DNA of 64,000 bases from Haliotis rubra (lineage: Eukaryota): contig NW_025766957.1 of assembly GCF_003918875.1 (NCBI RefSeq), forward strand, positions 1,054,001 through 1,118,000. Reading direction: 5' to 3'. Shown piece after piece: positions 13,137 to 24,309 of this stretch (the first letter of the stretch is position 1; every line of letters begins with the position of its first letter). The notes under the pieces were generated by a model. The model was given only the letters and a program-made list of their open reading frames with translations, ran no database searches and had not been told where the DNA came from. The translations under genes were made by a program, and so were the position numbers.

Positions 13137-13894
13137 TGTCTGCAAGAACAGTGGTGTATCGTAATTTATTGTGTTATTTAATACATGAAACTGTTTATGG
13201 ATAACGTCTTCTATTCTTTGGTAGCAAGGTTTCAGCTTAATCACATCATAAAATACACTACAGATAGAAATCTTGATAGACTTTTTGTGAGTGTATTATC
13301 CTTGTTACTTTATACCCAGCCATATGGAAGACTTTATTCACTGGGACAATTCCTATTTGGATTTATATTTACGACTTCGCAACTATGCAGAGTATGACCC
13401 TTAGTGGCGATTTCGACGTAGATGACATGTACCCTCACAGTACGCTAGATGACACAGCTCCGTCGACCACTGAGCCCAAACATCACGATCCATTATGCGG
13501 GAAAACTTACACAGGTATCGCGGCTTCCGATGTCATGTTACCAAGAAACGGAGCAGGCAAGTATTCAGGTACAATATATGTACAACATGTTGTACTAATT
13601 ATTGCTTGGTCGGCATTTTAAAAGTTGGTGAGTCAAAACTGAAGCATACGATATTATGGATACCAACCTCTTGTTTAATTACAGAGACATTTTAGCATGT
13701 AGTACGACAAACAACCTACAACTTGTTAAAATAAGTGACAAGGAGTTAATGTATTTTATTATCCTCCAAATTTACAAAATACAAATAAAATCTAGCATAT
13801 TTCATTCAACAATGCAATGGACATTGAATTCATACAAAGATGACAGGTTAAAACTGTTATTATTCTGCTTTCATGTAGGAAAACCAAGTTGTAT

Positions 13895-13966
13895 GGATAG
13901 TCAACTTCTTTATTGCATTGGTTGCGACGTTTCGGTGAAGGTACTAACACCGTTATCAAGCAAGTG
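13895..13966 (-). mobile_element. Penelope-like element terminal (pLTR) remnant
   Basis: Minus strand has ...CACCGAAACGTCGCAACCAATGCAATAAAG, a hammerhead-like core followed by AATAAA, typical of Penelope termini. Confidence 0.65.
13922..13963 (-). ncRNA. Minimal type-I hammerhead ribozyme motif (U3-A8 variant)
   Basis: Minus strand UUGC-UUGAUAA-C-GGUG-uuaguaccuu-CACC-GAAA-CG-UC-GCAA gives stem I UUGC/GCAA, stem II GGUG/CACC and a palindromic ACGU minimal stem III. Confidence 0.6.
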
Positions 13967-14184
13967 ATTTAATGTCCCGAACATTTCACATACTTTCCAG
14001 CACTATCTCAAACAGGCCACATTCCTGAATTTCAGCCAGTACTGGACAACTATGGACAAGGCTCTTCCCTTTTTCTGATGGAGAACAGCTTAAGATGAGA
14101 TTTCATCAGAGGAGGCTTAAAGAAGAATTGCAGTCACACCTTCATAACCATCGCCCAGGATTATCAACGTTTTTGTGTAGTGCT

Positions 14185-14553
14185 TATAGGAGTGCTGGCG
14201 CGTGTGGCCCTGTGCAAAGAGCTCAGGTCACGAATCAGTTGACGTTAGGCAACGTCGGGCTCCAGACAGACACGAGTTTGGCAGCTTGACTCCTGAGTGT
14301 TTCTAGGGCTTCAGTCCTGCCCCACAACGAAGCACATGTGAGGTCTCACCTTAGGCAAGTGAATTTGTTCAAATTGCCTCTCTTCACACAGCAGAAAATA
14401 GGTACCCGGTTAGATAAAGGCATGTGATTATAACCTTCTTGCGCCTAACAGGGGTTAGGCGGGGTAATAATAATCAGATTCTGACTAAGCGCCGCGAGCA
14501 ATCACTTGGTGTTTGGTTACTGTGCGCTATAGAAGACGACTTATTATTATTAT
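14185..14553 (+). mobile_element. Second copy of the 5S-related SINE, with (TTA)n tail
   Basis: Shares TTTGGCAGCTTGACTCCTGAGTGTTTCTAGG...GGTCTCACCTTAGGCA with the 3311-3683 element and ends in TTATTATTATTAT. Confidence 0.7.
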
Positions 14554-14759
14554 GACCATATACCAACAAAATGCCACACTATCAAAAACTTGATCATCTT
14601 GTCAAAACTGAATGTTGCTAAAGCGAGGACCAGTCAAAAGGAGGAACCTAATCCCATCATCGCTGATTGGCGTGATGTAAAGAAAACGTGCTCAATTAGC
14701 TTGTAAAAGCCAAGATAAAATAATTTTGGACTTTCAAATAGATCAAAGAGTACTTCCAT

Positions 14760-14845
14760 CCAATAAGATTGAAGCTGATGAAGCCAGAGAAGTGAGAAGA
14801 CTATATAACTCTCTAGATGGAAAGTGAGCACATCTCACTCTTTGA
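14760..14845 (+). promoter_or_regulatory. Core promoter of TALE copy 1 (CCAAT, TATA, conserved start-site element)
   Basis: CCAAT at 14760, TATATAA at 14802, TGAGCACATCTCACTC at 14825-14840. The layout recurs in every unit and, inverted, at 18523-18601. Confidence 0.65.
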
Positions 14846-14905
14846 GTCTGTTGATACATAGTTACACTAAAACCTATTAGCAAGTGAACTGTGCTCAAAT
14901 ACAGG

Positions 14906-16196
14906 ATGGCTGACTTTGTAACTCCTGTTGATGGTGCCTTTGACGTCAGTTCCGGTATCGGTAAGTCCTTCCAGATAGTAATCTAGCATCCATTTGTAAG
15001 TGTGATCTCTCCATCGCAAATGCTTCAAATTCCCAGTGCCCTTGGCAAATCCATATCGTACCATTGATTACCTTGAATATTCATTTACAGAATACGTTAT
15101 TTTCTTTATTGTAGGAGCTCCTCAGCACACATCAACTCCTCTCCCCAAGAGACGTGCAGTGCCATCCCTGACAATACCAGTGCCTGACACAAACCATCAT
15201 GTGCCAACTCTCTCCAGCCTCCACCCGATGTCATCCCCGTCCTACCTCCACCCAACATGCATCTCCAGTCCCTACAGCTTCTTCCCTTCCTATTCTGCCA
15301 TGTACTACTCTCCCAGCTTCGGACCAGGTACCTGCACAGCTCCCAGCTATCCGCTACTACCGAGTCCATCATTCCTGCCACCAAGTCCATCCTACCTTTC
15401 ATCCCACCCGTTGGGGTATTCGACTGTACCAGGGAGTCCATCCTTCCTACCGGGTACGATTCCAAGCTCAAGTCTGCCCATCAAACCAGTATCGATTCCA
15501 ACCACCAGTGCTCTGACTACACCAACGCAGGGGCATTCAAAGTCTGTGGACATCAGCCCAGTCACAGAGACACGCCCGATTGACTTCGAATTGCCGTCTT
15601 GTTCCAGGCCCGATATTGGTAAAGCTGTTGATGACATCGTAGCGAAAACCCTTGGGGCAGATCTGGCAACAAAGAGTACCAACAACGACCGCCAGTCAGC
15701 TCTTGAGAAGAGACTCCAGTCACTCAAGTCAAGGTTCCCAACAGAGGTAAAGGAACTATCCAGCTTCCTTGCCTTCCATTCCTCATCTATTCAGAAGGAA
15801 CATCAACAGTGTCTACAAGATGGATTCTTCCCAACGGACTATCACAATTGGTTGACCACAAGATACAATGATCAACTGCACCTGGTGTTCACAAGCATCG
15901 AGAAAAGTGTGACCACCCTCGAGAACCAAGGCAAGATACTGGCCCGTCCTGCCAGCAGAAACCTCAGTCCTGAATCAATCGTCTTGATGGAGAAGTGGTA
16001 CCATGAACATCTCAACAACCCCTACCCCACTCAAACAGAAGCTGAAGACATGGCCAACAAGGGGGGAATTACCCTTTCTCAAGTACGAAAGTGGTTTTCC
16101 AACAAAAGACACAGGACCAGGAAACCCAGATCTGTCAAAGCTGTAGTTGCTGCCAAACAGTGTGAAGAGTTCCTGTCTGGGATATTTCAGATGTAA
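14906..16196 (+). CDS. Divergent TALE-class homeodomain protein (spiralian TALE/SPILE-like), copy 1, 378 aa, 2 exons
   Basis: Exon 1 14906-14960 (MADFVTPVDGAFDVSSGI, donor GTAAGT) and exon 2 15115-16196, with a phase-1 intron. Contains a Pro/Ser-rich region, a helical region (ALEKRLQSLKSRFPTEVKEL...IEKSVTTLEN) and the homeodomain LMEKWYHEHLNNPYPT...QVRKWFSNKRHR. AATAAA at 16413 and 16426. Confidence 0.9.
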
Positions 16197-17077
16197 AATG
16201 GGAACAGTTCTGTCACCTGAGTGATGCTAACTCGTTTAAGTAGTTTTGAAAGTGATATCAACTATGAATGTCTGTCCGAAGACAAAATTCCTTCATGCAT
16301 AGTGCTATATTCATCTTAGGACCTGTGATATCCATTGTTTTGTATATATGAATGTAAATTATGACCCGTGCTATCCATGGTTTTGTGGATGTCAATTGTT
16401 GCTTTGATCTGAAATAAAATATTGTAATAAACTATCATTCAAATGCCCGTCTTTTTAGCACGCACAGACTCTGTATTAACTCATCCTAAACATTAGCACA
16501 GAAGCGACTTCCTCACCAACATACACTCAATACAACTATCACACATTCCACATTACCATGAAACACCGAACACACTCAACATCCCTGTTTACACAACCAA
16601 CATAATGTAATATTATTATCACAACGGGATCAGTCAGTGTTACTTCCACACATTCATGTACAAAGTATTCAACATGCCATATTAACTATTACATCAAATA
16701 TATCACGCATTTAATAGTATTGTCAAAGTGCGATGGAGTGCACTTCACATTTAACTAGATCATTTTAATTTTTGCACCAAGCATCGTCTCTAACATTATA
16801 CTATAGTGTGCTCACACAAATTAAACGTTCATGACAACAATGCCACGTAACACTAAAAATGTATGCACAGTCTGGCCTGAAGGCTGCATTAGCAACACAT
16901 ATTTTGGCAAACTTAACCAGCTCCTTTTCTCGTTACAGAACGCTGAACACAACAGTCCCAGTTCCGTACCAGTTGTCACCTACTTGTAAATATCTGTGCA
17001 CGCAGTCGGTAACTCGCATCCTACCCTTAAACTATTTCACAACCACATCCACCCTAAAATAACATTTCAAGCCACAA

Positions 17078-17281
17078 GAAGACCACACCCGTGAAGATCC
17101 GGCTTAGAACTGGTGTATATCCAATCGTTCTTGTCGTTAGAGGCGACTAACGGGATCGGGTGGTCAGGCTCGCTGACTTGGTTGGCACATGTCATCCTCT
17201 CCCAATAGCGTAGATCGATGCTCATGATGTCGATCACTGGGTTTTCTGGTTCACACTCCATTATTTACATATAGCTGGAAA
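17078..17281 (+). mobile_element. SINE copy amplified with the macrosatellite unit
   Basis: ACCCGTGAAGATC...GTCGTTAGAGGCGACTAACGGGATCGGGTGGTCAGG, repeated at ~21781, 26486, 31192 and 35899. Mostly deleted after copy 6 (~40550). Confidence 0.85.
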
Positions 17282-18044
17282 TTTAACAACAACGAAACCA
17301 AACAAACACAAGAAGATCAGCATTGTATGTGATGATCATTATACCCCTGCCGAGGCCTAGTTGGATTATTGTAACAGTTGCTGAGAGGGGAATATTACAG
17401 TCACTGTCTATAAATCCATAATCACTGCTTTTGTATTATGATGTTACTTTTGATTTTGTGATGCCACATTGATATGTTTCTGGAGATTTGTATTGATTTG
17501 TAAAAACAGTTAATTTTAGAATATTAATTACATCACATTTCTTGGTTGTTGTCCTTTTGGTTTCACACTTAGTTATTTTACCAAGTAATTGCTGGTTAAT
17601 TTTTGTTTCAAATTTGGAATGAAGAATATAGGTAGATATCTCTCTTCAAAGCATCAGGACCATTTAATTTCTACAAATATATTCTCTCCAAACTACGAAA
17701 ATAGATTGGTAGGCATGTTTATATCACGTCGACTGCTGAATACAACAAAATTCCACATGGCAAGCTAGATATGTAGGAGTGTAAATTACTCAATCCATTT
17801 ACTTAATTGAAAATCTGCCATTTCCTTTAATTTGATATGAACTTTGGAAAGGATTTCAATCTCGTGACTCCTGTTTCGTTTGAATGTTAGGTCATGCAAA
17901 CTGGACAAATCAATGCTAGGATTCCATCAGTTTATTTAACGACGCAAAAGCACAAATGGTACAATTTCAAAACATGTTAAATAAACAACAAATAATAACA
18001 GGGATGGCACAATCCGATGCACTCATGTATGGGACAACAAACTG

Positions 18045-18449
18045 TCAAAGACTGACATCACAAACTGCAAATAACAAACATCCCTTTGGAAGAGACTTGG
18101 CACATTTTAGCAACGTTCGGGGAGATGAGTCAATATAGGCAGAGCCATGGTGCGGGTCTTGTTGGTTGGAGAGTGCTGGGTATCTCTGGACCAATGGAGT
18201 GGAGGTGTGCCGGGGAGTTCCTGAAACAAGAAAGGCGGTGTTAGAACATTCAGAGCGTTGTAGGATATTGTTAATGAAAGAATTTAGAATTACCACAACG
18301 TTTGTTACTTAATTAACCTGCAAATGTACTTCGTTTCTACCCAGCTTACCTAACGACAGAAGATTTCCCGGGCCCAGCAAGATGTTTCCTGGTGAAGATT
18401 GGGAGGTAGCAGTAGCAGCCTCACGGCATGGATGAGTATAGCAGGCCAT
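18045..18449 (-). CDS. Short spliced homeodomain-less paralog of the TALE gene (91 aa; may be a pseudogene), copy A
   Basis: Exon 1 18449-18350 (MACYTHPCREAATATSQSSPGNILLGPGNLLSL, donor GTAAGC) and exon 2 18220-18045 (acceptor TTGTTTCAG; GTPRHTSTPLVQRYPALS...DVSL*). Phase-1 intron as in the TALE gene. Minus-strand AATAAA at 17936-17931. Confidence 0.6.
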
Positions 18450-18522
18450 TTGTACTTGCTGAATCGCAGATGGATGTAAAACAGACTCCTTGTTAATGGT
18501 TCTGGGTAGCAGGAGACTCAAC

Positions 18523-18601
18523 GAGTGAGATGTGCTCAGTTCAATCAGTAGAGCTTTATATGCTACTCAGGTGTTTGACATCATCACCTTTGATTTATTG
18601 G
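18523..18601 (-). promoter_or_regulatory. Inverted homolog of the TALE core promoter, upstream of the short paralog
   Basis: Minus strand reads CCAAT (18601), TATAAA (18561) and TGAGCACATCTCACTC (18538-18523). The last is identical to 14825-14840. Confidence 0.65.
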
Positions 18602-19606
18602 CTGGAGATTCTCCTTAATCACTGGCTTCTATTTTCATTCTTTGATCTGTGGTTTCACTGGCTTGTGCTTTCAAGTGTTCTACAAACAGTACCAATTGAT
18701 TATTCTTCTCCACACTATGAAGCCAGTCAGCAGATTTGAATTCAGATTTGAGCCTTCGAGTGAAGGCGGATTAACGATGTTGTTTTAATGAACCATAGGT
18801 TAAAATGCATAATCTTCACCTGAAGCTGCTGATACCATTTAGATAGGTATATTATATTATATGTTCTGCTGCTATTCAAGTCCATTAGTAACCTAATTCT
18901 ATATGACAAAGTAAACTATGTAAGAACCTTTCAAATCTGAAAGAAATGGGAAACTAACTGGTAAACTTATCAGCTTGTATTGCGGCAGAAGCAAATCAAA
19001 TCGATCATTCTAAAATTTGGAAAAGACAATCGAGAAAACCCATTCAACAGATCAGTTTCCAGCAGAGAAAATCAAAGACAAATAAATCAATCGGAAAAGC
19101 CAGTCAATCGATTATGGTTGATTAACGCTATCAAACTCTAGCCAGTGAGGCCAGAGATGAAAGAGACCGTAACCAATCAAACACAAAGCGAGGTCCGTAT
19201 TAAAGAAGCCAGAGATCACCGAGAAACCTGAAACAACCTATCAATCACTTGTGATCGTACAAGGCCACATTATCAAAACTTGATCATCTTGTGTCATCAC
19301 TGAATGTTGCCAAAGCACGGACCAGTCAAAAGGCCAAACCTAATGCCATCATGCAGATTGAGGTTGTGTTGTACAGAAAACGTGCTCAATTAGCTTGTGA
19401 AAGCCAAGATCAAAGAATGTTAGCTTTTAAATAGAAGTCATTGATCAAAGACTACTTCCATCCAATAAGATTGAAGCTGGTGAAGCCAGAGAGTGAGGAG
19501 AGTATATATATCTCCAGATAGAAGGTGAGCACATCTCACGCTTTGAGTCTGTTGATACATAGTTACACGAGAACCTATTAGCAAGTGAACTGTGCTCAAA
19601 TACAGG

Positions 19607-20897
19607 ATGGCTGACTTTGTAACTCCTGTTGATGGTGCCTTTGACGTCAGTTCCGGTATCGGTAAGTCCTTCCAGATAGTAATCTAGCATCCATTTGTAA
19701 GTGTGATCTCTCCATCGCAAATGCTTCAAATTCCCAGTGCCCTTGGCAAATCCATATCGTACCATTGATTACCTTGAATATTCATTTACAGAATACGTTA
19801 TTTTCTTTATTGTAGGAGCTCCTCAGCACACATCAACTCCTCTCCCCAAGAGACGTGCAGTGCCATCCCTGACAATACCAGTGCCTGACACAAACCATCA
19901 TGTGCCAACTCTCTCCAGCCTCCACCCGATGTCATCCCCGTCCTACCTCCACCCAACATGCATCTCCAGTCCCTACAGCTTCTTCCCTTCCTATTCTGCC
20001 ATGTACTACTCTCCCAGCTTCGGACCAGGTACCTGCACAGCTCCCAGCTATCCGCTACTACCGAGTCCATCATTCCTGCCACCAAGTCCATCCTACCTTT
20101 CATCCCACCCGTTGGGGTATTCGACTGTACCAGGGAGTCCATCCTTCCTACCGGGTACGATTCCAAGCTCAAGTCTGCCCATCAAACCAGTATCGATTCC
20201 AACCACCAGTGCTCTGACTACACCAACGCAGGGGCATTCAAAGTCTGTGGACATCAGCCCAGTCACAGAGACACGCCCGATTGACTTCGAATTGCCGTCT
20301 TGTTCCAGGCCCGATATTGGTAAAGCTGTTGATGACATCGTAGCGAAAACCCTTGGGGCAGATCTGGCAACAAAGAGTACCAACAACGACCGCCAGTCAG
20401 CTCTTGAGAAGAGACTCCAGTCACTCAAGTCAAGGTTCCCAACAGAGGTAAAGGAACTATCCAGCTTCCTTGCCTTCCATTCCTCATCTATTCAGAAGGA
20501 ACATCAACAGTGTCTACAAGATGGATTCTTCCCAACGGACTATCACAATTGGTTGACCACAAGATACAATGATCAACTGCACCTGGTGTTCACAAGCATC
20601 GAGAAAAGTGTGACCACCCTCGAGAACCAAGGCAAGATACTGGCCCGTCCTGCCAGCAGAAACCTCAGTCCTGAATCAATCGTCTTGATGGAGAAGTGGT
20701 ACCATGAACATCTCAACAACCCCTACCCCACTCAAACAGAAGCTGAAGACATGGCCAACAAGGGGGGAATTACCCTTTCTCAAGTACGAAAGTGGTTTTC
20801 CAACAAAAGACACAGGACCAGGAAACCCAGATCTGTCAAAGCTGTAGTTGCTGCCAAACAGTGTGAAGAGTTCCTGTCTGGGATATTTCAGATGTAA
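19607..20897 (+). CDS. TALE homeodomain protein, copy 2
   Basis: Exons 19607-19661 and 19816-20897. Protein identical to copy 1. Confidence 0.9.
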
Positions 20898-22747
20898 AAT
20901 GGGAACAGTTCTGTCACCTGAGTGATGCTAACGCGTTTAAGTAGTTGTGAAAGTGATATCAACTATGAATGTCTGTCCGAAGACAAAATTCCTTCATGCA
21001 TAGTGCTATATTCATCTTAGGATCTGTGATATCCATTGTTTTGTATATATGAATGTAAATTATGACCCGTGCTATCCATGGTTTTGTGGATGTCAATTGT
21101 TGCTTTGATCTGAAATAAAATATTGTAATAAACTATCATTCAAATGCCCGTCTTTTTTAGCACGCACAGACTCTGTATTAACTCATCCTAAACATTAGCA
21201 CAGAAGCGACTTCCTCACCAACATACACTCAATACAACTATCACACATTCCACATTACCATGAAACACCGAACACACTCAACATCCCTGTTTACACAACC
21301 AACATAATGTAATATTATTATCACAACGGGATCAGTCAGTGTTACTTCCACACATTCATGTACAAAGTATTCAACATGCCATATTAACTATTACATCAAA
21401 TATATCACGCATTTAATAGTATTGTCAAAGTGCGATGGAGTGCACTTCACATTTAACTAGATCATTTTAATTTTTTGCACCAAGCATCGTCTCTAACATT
21501 ATACTATAGTGTGCTCACACAAATTTAAACGTTCATGACAACAATGCCACGTAACACTAAAAATGTATGCACAGTCTGGCCTGAAGGCTGCATTAGCAAC
21601 ACATATTTTGGCAAACTTAACCAGCTCCTTTTCTCGTTACAGAACGCTGAACACAACAGTCCCAGTTCCGTACCAGTTGTCACCTACTTGTAAATATCTG
21701 TGCACGCAGTCGGTAACTCGCATCCTACCCTTAAACTATTTCACAACCACATCCACCCTAAAATAACATTTCAAGCCACAAGAAGACCACACCCGTGAAG
21801 ATCGGGCTTAGAACTGGTGTATATCCAATCGTTCTTGTCGTTAGAGGCGACTAACGGGATCGGGTGGTCAGGCTCGCTGACTTGGTTGGCACATGTCATC
21901 CTCCCAAATAGCGTAGATCGATGCTCATGATGTCGATCACTGGGTTTTCTGGTTCACACTCCATTATTTACATATAGCTGGAAATTTAACAACAACGAAA
22001 CCAAACAAACACAAGAAGATCAGCATTGTATGTGATGATCATTATACCCTGCCGAGGCCTAGTTGGATTATTGTAACAGTTGCTGAGAGGGGAATATTAC
22101 CGTCACTGTCTATAAATCCATAATCACTGCTTTTGTATTATGATGTTACTTTTGATTTTGTGATGCCACATTGATATGTTTCTGGAGATTTGTATTGATT
22201 TGTAAAAACAGTTAATTTTAGAATATTAATTACATCACATTTCTTGGTTGTTGTCCTTTTGGTTTCACACTTAGTTATTTTACCAAGTAATTGCTGGTTA
22301 ATTTTTTGTTTCAAATTTGGAATGAAGAATATAGGTAGATATCTCTCTTCAAAGCATCAGGACCATTTAATTTCTACAAATATATTCTCTCCAAACTACG
22401 AAAATAGATTGGTAGGCATGTTTATATCACGTCGACTGCTGAATACAACAAAATTCCACATGGCAAGCTAGATATGTAGGAGTGTAAATTACTCAATCCA
22501 TTTACTTAATTGAAAATCTGCCATTTCCTTTAATTTGATATGAACTTTGGAAAGGATTTCAATCTCGTGACTCCTGTTTCGTTTGAATGTTAGGTCATGC
22601 AAACTGGACAAATCAATGCTAGGATTCCATCAGTTTATTTAACGACGCAAAAGCACAAATGGTACAATTTCAAAACATGTTAAATAAACAACAAATAATA
22701 ACAGGGATGGCACAATCCGATGCACTCATGTATGGGACAACAAACTG

Positions 22748-23152
22748 TCAAAGACTGACATCACAAACTGCAAATAACAAACATCCCTTTGGAAGAGACT
22801 TGGCACATTTTAGCAACGTTCGGGGAGATGAGTCAATATAGGCAGAGCCATGGTGCGGGTCTTGTTGGCTGGAGAGTGCTGGGTATCTCTGGACCAATGG
22901 AGTGGAGGTGTGCCGGGGAGTTCCTGAAACAAGAAAGGCGGTGTTAGAACATTCAGAGCGTTGTAGGATATTGTTAATGAAAGAATTTAGAATTACCACA
23001 ACGTTTGTTACTTAATTAACCTGCAAATGTACTTCGTTTCTACCCAGCTTACCTAACGACAGAAGATTTCCCGGGCCCAGCAAGATGTTTCCTGGTGAAG
23101 ATTGGGAGGTAGCAGTAGCAGCCTCACGGCATGGATGAGTATAGCAGGCCAT
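22748..23152 (-). CDS. Short homeodomain-less paralog, copy B
   Basis: Same two-exon structure as 18045-18449. Confidence 0.55.
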
Positions 23153-24309
23153 TTGTACTTGCTGAATCGCAGATGGATGTAAAACAGACTCCTTGTTAAT
23201 GGTTCTGGGTAGCAGGAGACTCAACGAGTGAGATGTGCTCAGTTCAATCAGTAGAGCTTTATATGCTACTCAGGTGTTTGACATCATCACCTTTGATTTA
23301 TTGGCTGGAGATTCTCCTTAATCACTGGCTTCTATTTTCATTCTTTGATCTGTGGTTTCACTGGCTAGTGCTTTCAAGTGTTCTACAAACAGTACCAATT
23401 GACTATTCTTCTCCACACTATGAAGCCAGTCAGCAGATTTGAATTCAGATTTGAGCCTTCGAGTGAAGGCGGATTAACGGTGTTGTTTTAATGAACCATA
23501 GGTTAAAATGCATAATCTTCACCTGAAGCTGCTGATACCATTTAGGTAGGTATATTATATTATATGTTTTGCTGCTATTCAAGTCCATTAGTAACCTAAT
23601 TCTATATGACAAAGTAAACTATGTAAGAACCTTTCAAATCTGAAAGAAATGGGAAACTAACTGGTAAACTTATCAGCTTGTATTGCGGCAGAAGCAAATC
23701 AAATCGATCATTCTAAAATTTGGAAAAGACAATGGAGAAAACCCATTCAACAGATCAGTTTCCAGCAGAGAAAATCAAAGACAAATAAATCAATCGGAAA
23801 AGCCAGTCAATCGATTATGGTTGATTAACGCTATCAAACACTAGCCAGTGAGGCCAGAGATGAAAGAGACCGTAACCAATCAAACACAAAGCGAGGTCCG
23901 TATTAAAGAAGCCAGAGATCACCGAGAAACCTGAAACAACCTATCAATCACTTGTGATCGTACAAGGCCACACTATCAAAACTTGATCATCTTGTGTCAT
24001 CACTGAATGTTGCCAAAGCACGGACCAGTCAAAAGGCCAAACCTAATGCCATCATGCAGATTGAGGTTGTGTTGTACAGAAAACGTGCTCAATTAGCTTG
24101 TGAAAGCCAAGATCAAAGAATGTTAGCTTTTAAATCGAAGTCATTGATCAAAGACTACTTCCATCCAATAAGATTGAAGCTGGTGAAGCCAGAGAGTGAG
24201 GAGAGTATATATATCTCCAGATAGAAGGTGAGCACATCTCACGCTTTGAGTCTGTTGATACATAGTTACACGAGAACCTATTAGCAAGTGAACTGTGCTC
24301 AAATACAGG

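Noticed and set aside
15036-15114. ORF-track N-terminus MPLANPYRTIDYLEYSFTEYVIFFIV of the 386-aa homeobox ORF
   Set aside because: It starts at GTG inside the intron and reads through the polypyrimidine tract. The real start is the ATG at 14906, and this stretch is not conserved in copy 6.
15106-15727. Overlapping alternative-frame and antisense ORFs (105-121 aa) in each unit
   Set aside because: Shadows of the Pro/Ser-rich coding exon. Their recurrence only reflects unit identity, and some are lost in copy 6.
16859-17261. Small spacer ORFs (67 aa and 64 aa) repeated in the units
   Set aside because: No splice or promoter support. One lies in a SINE and is broken in several copies.
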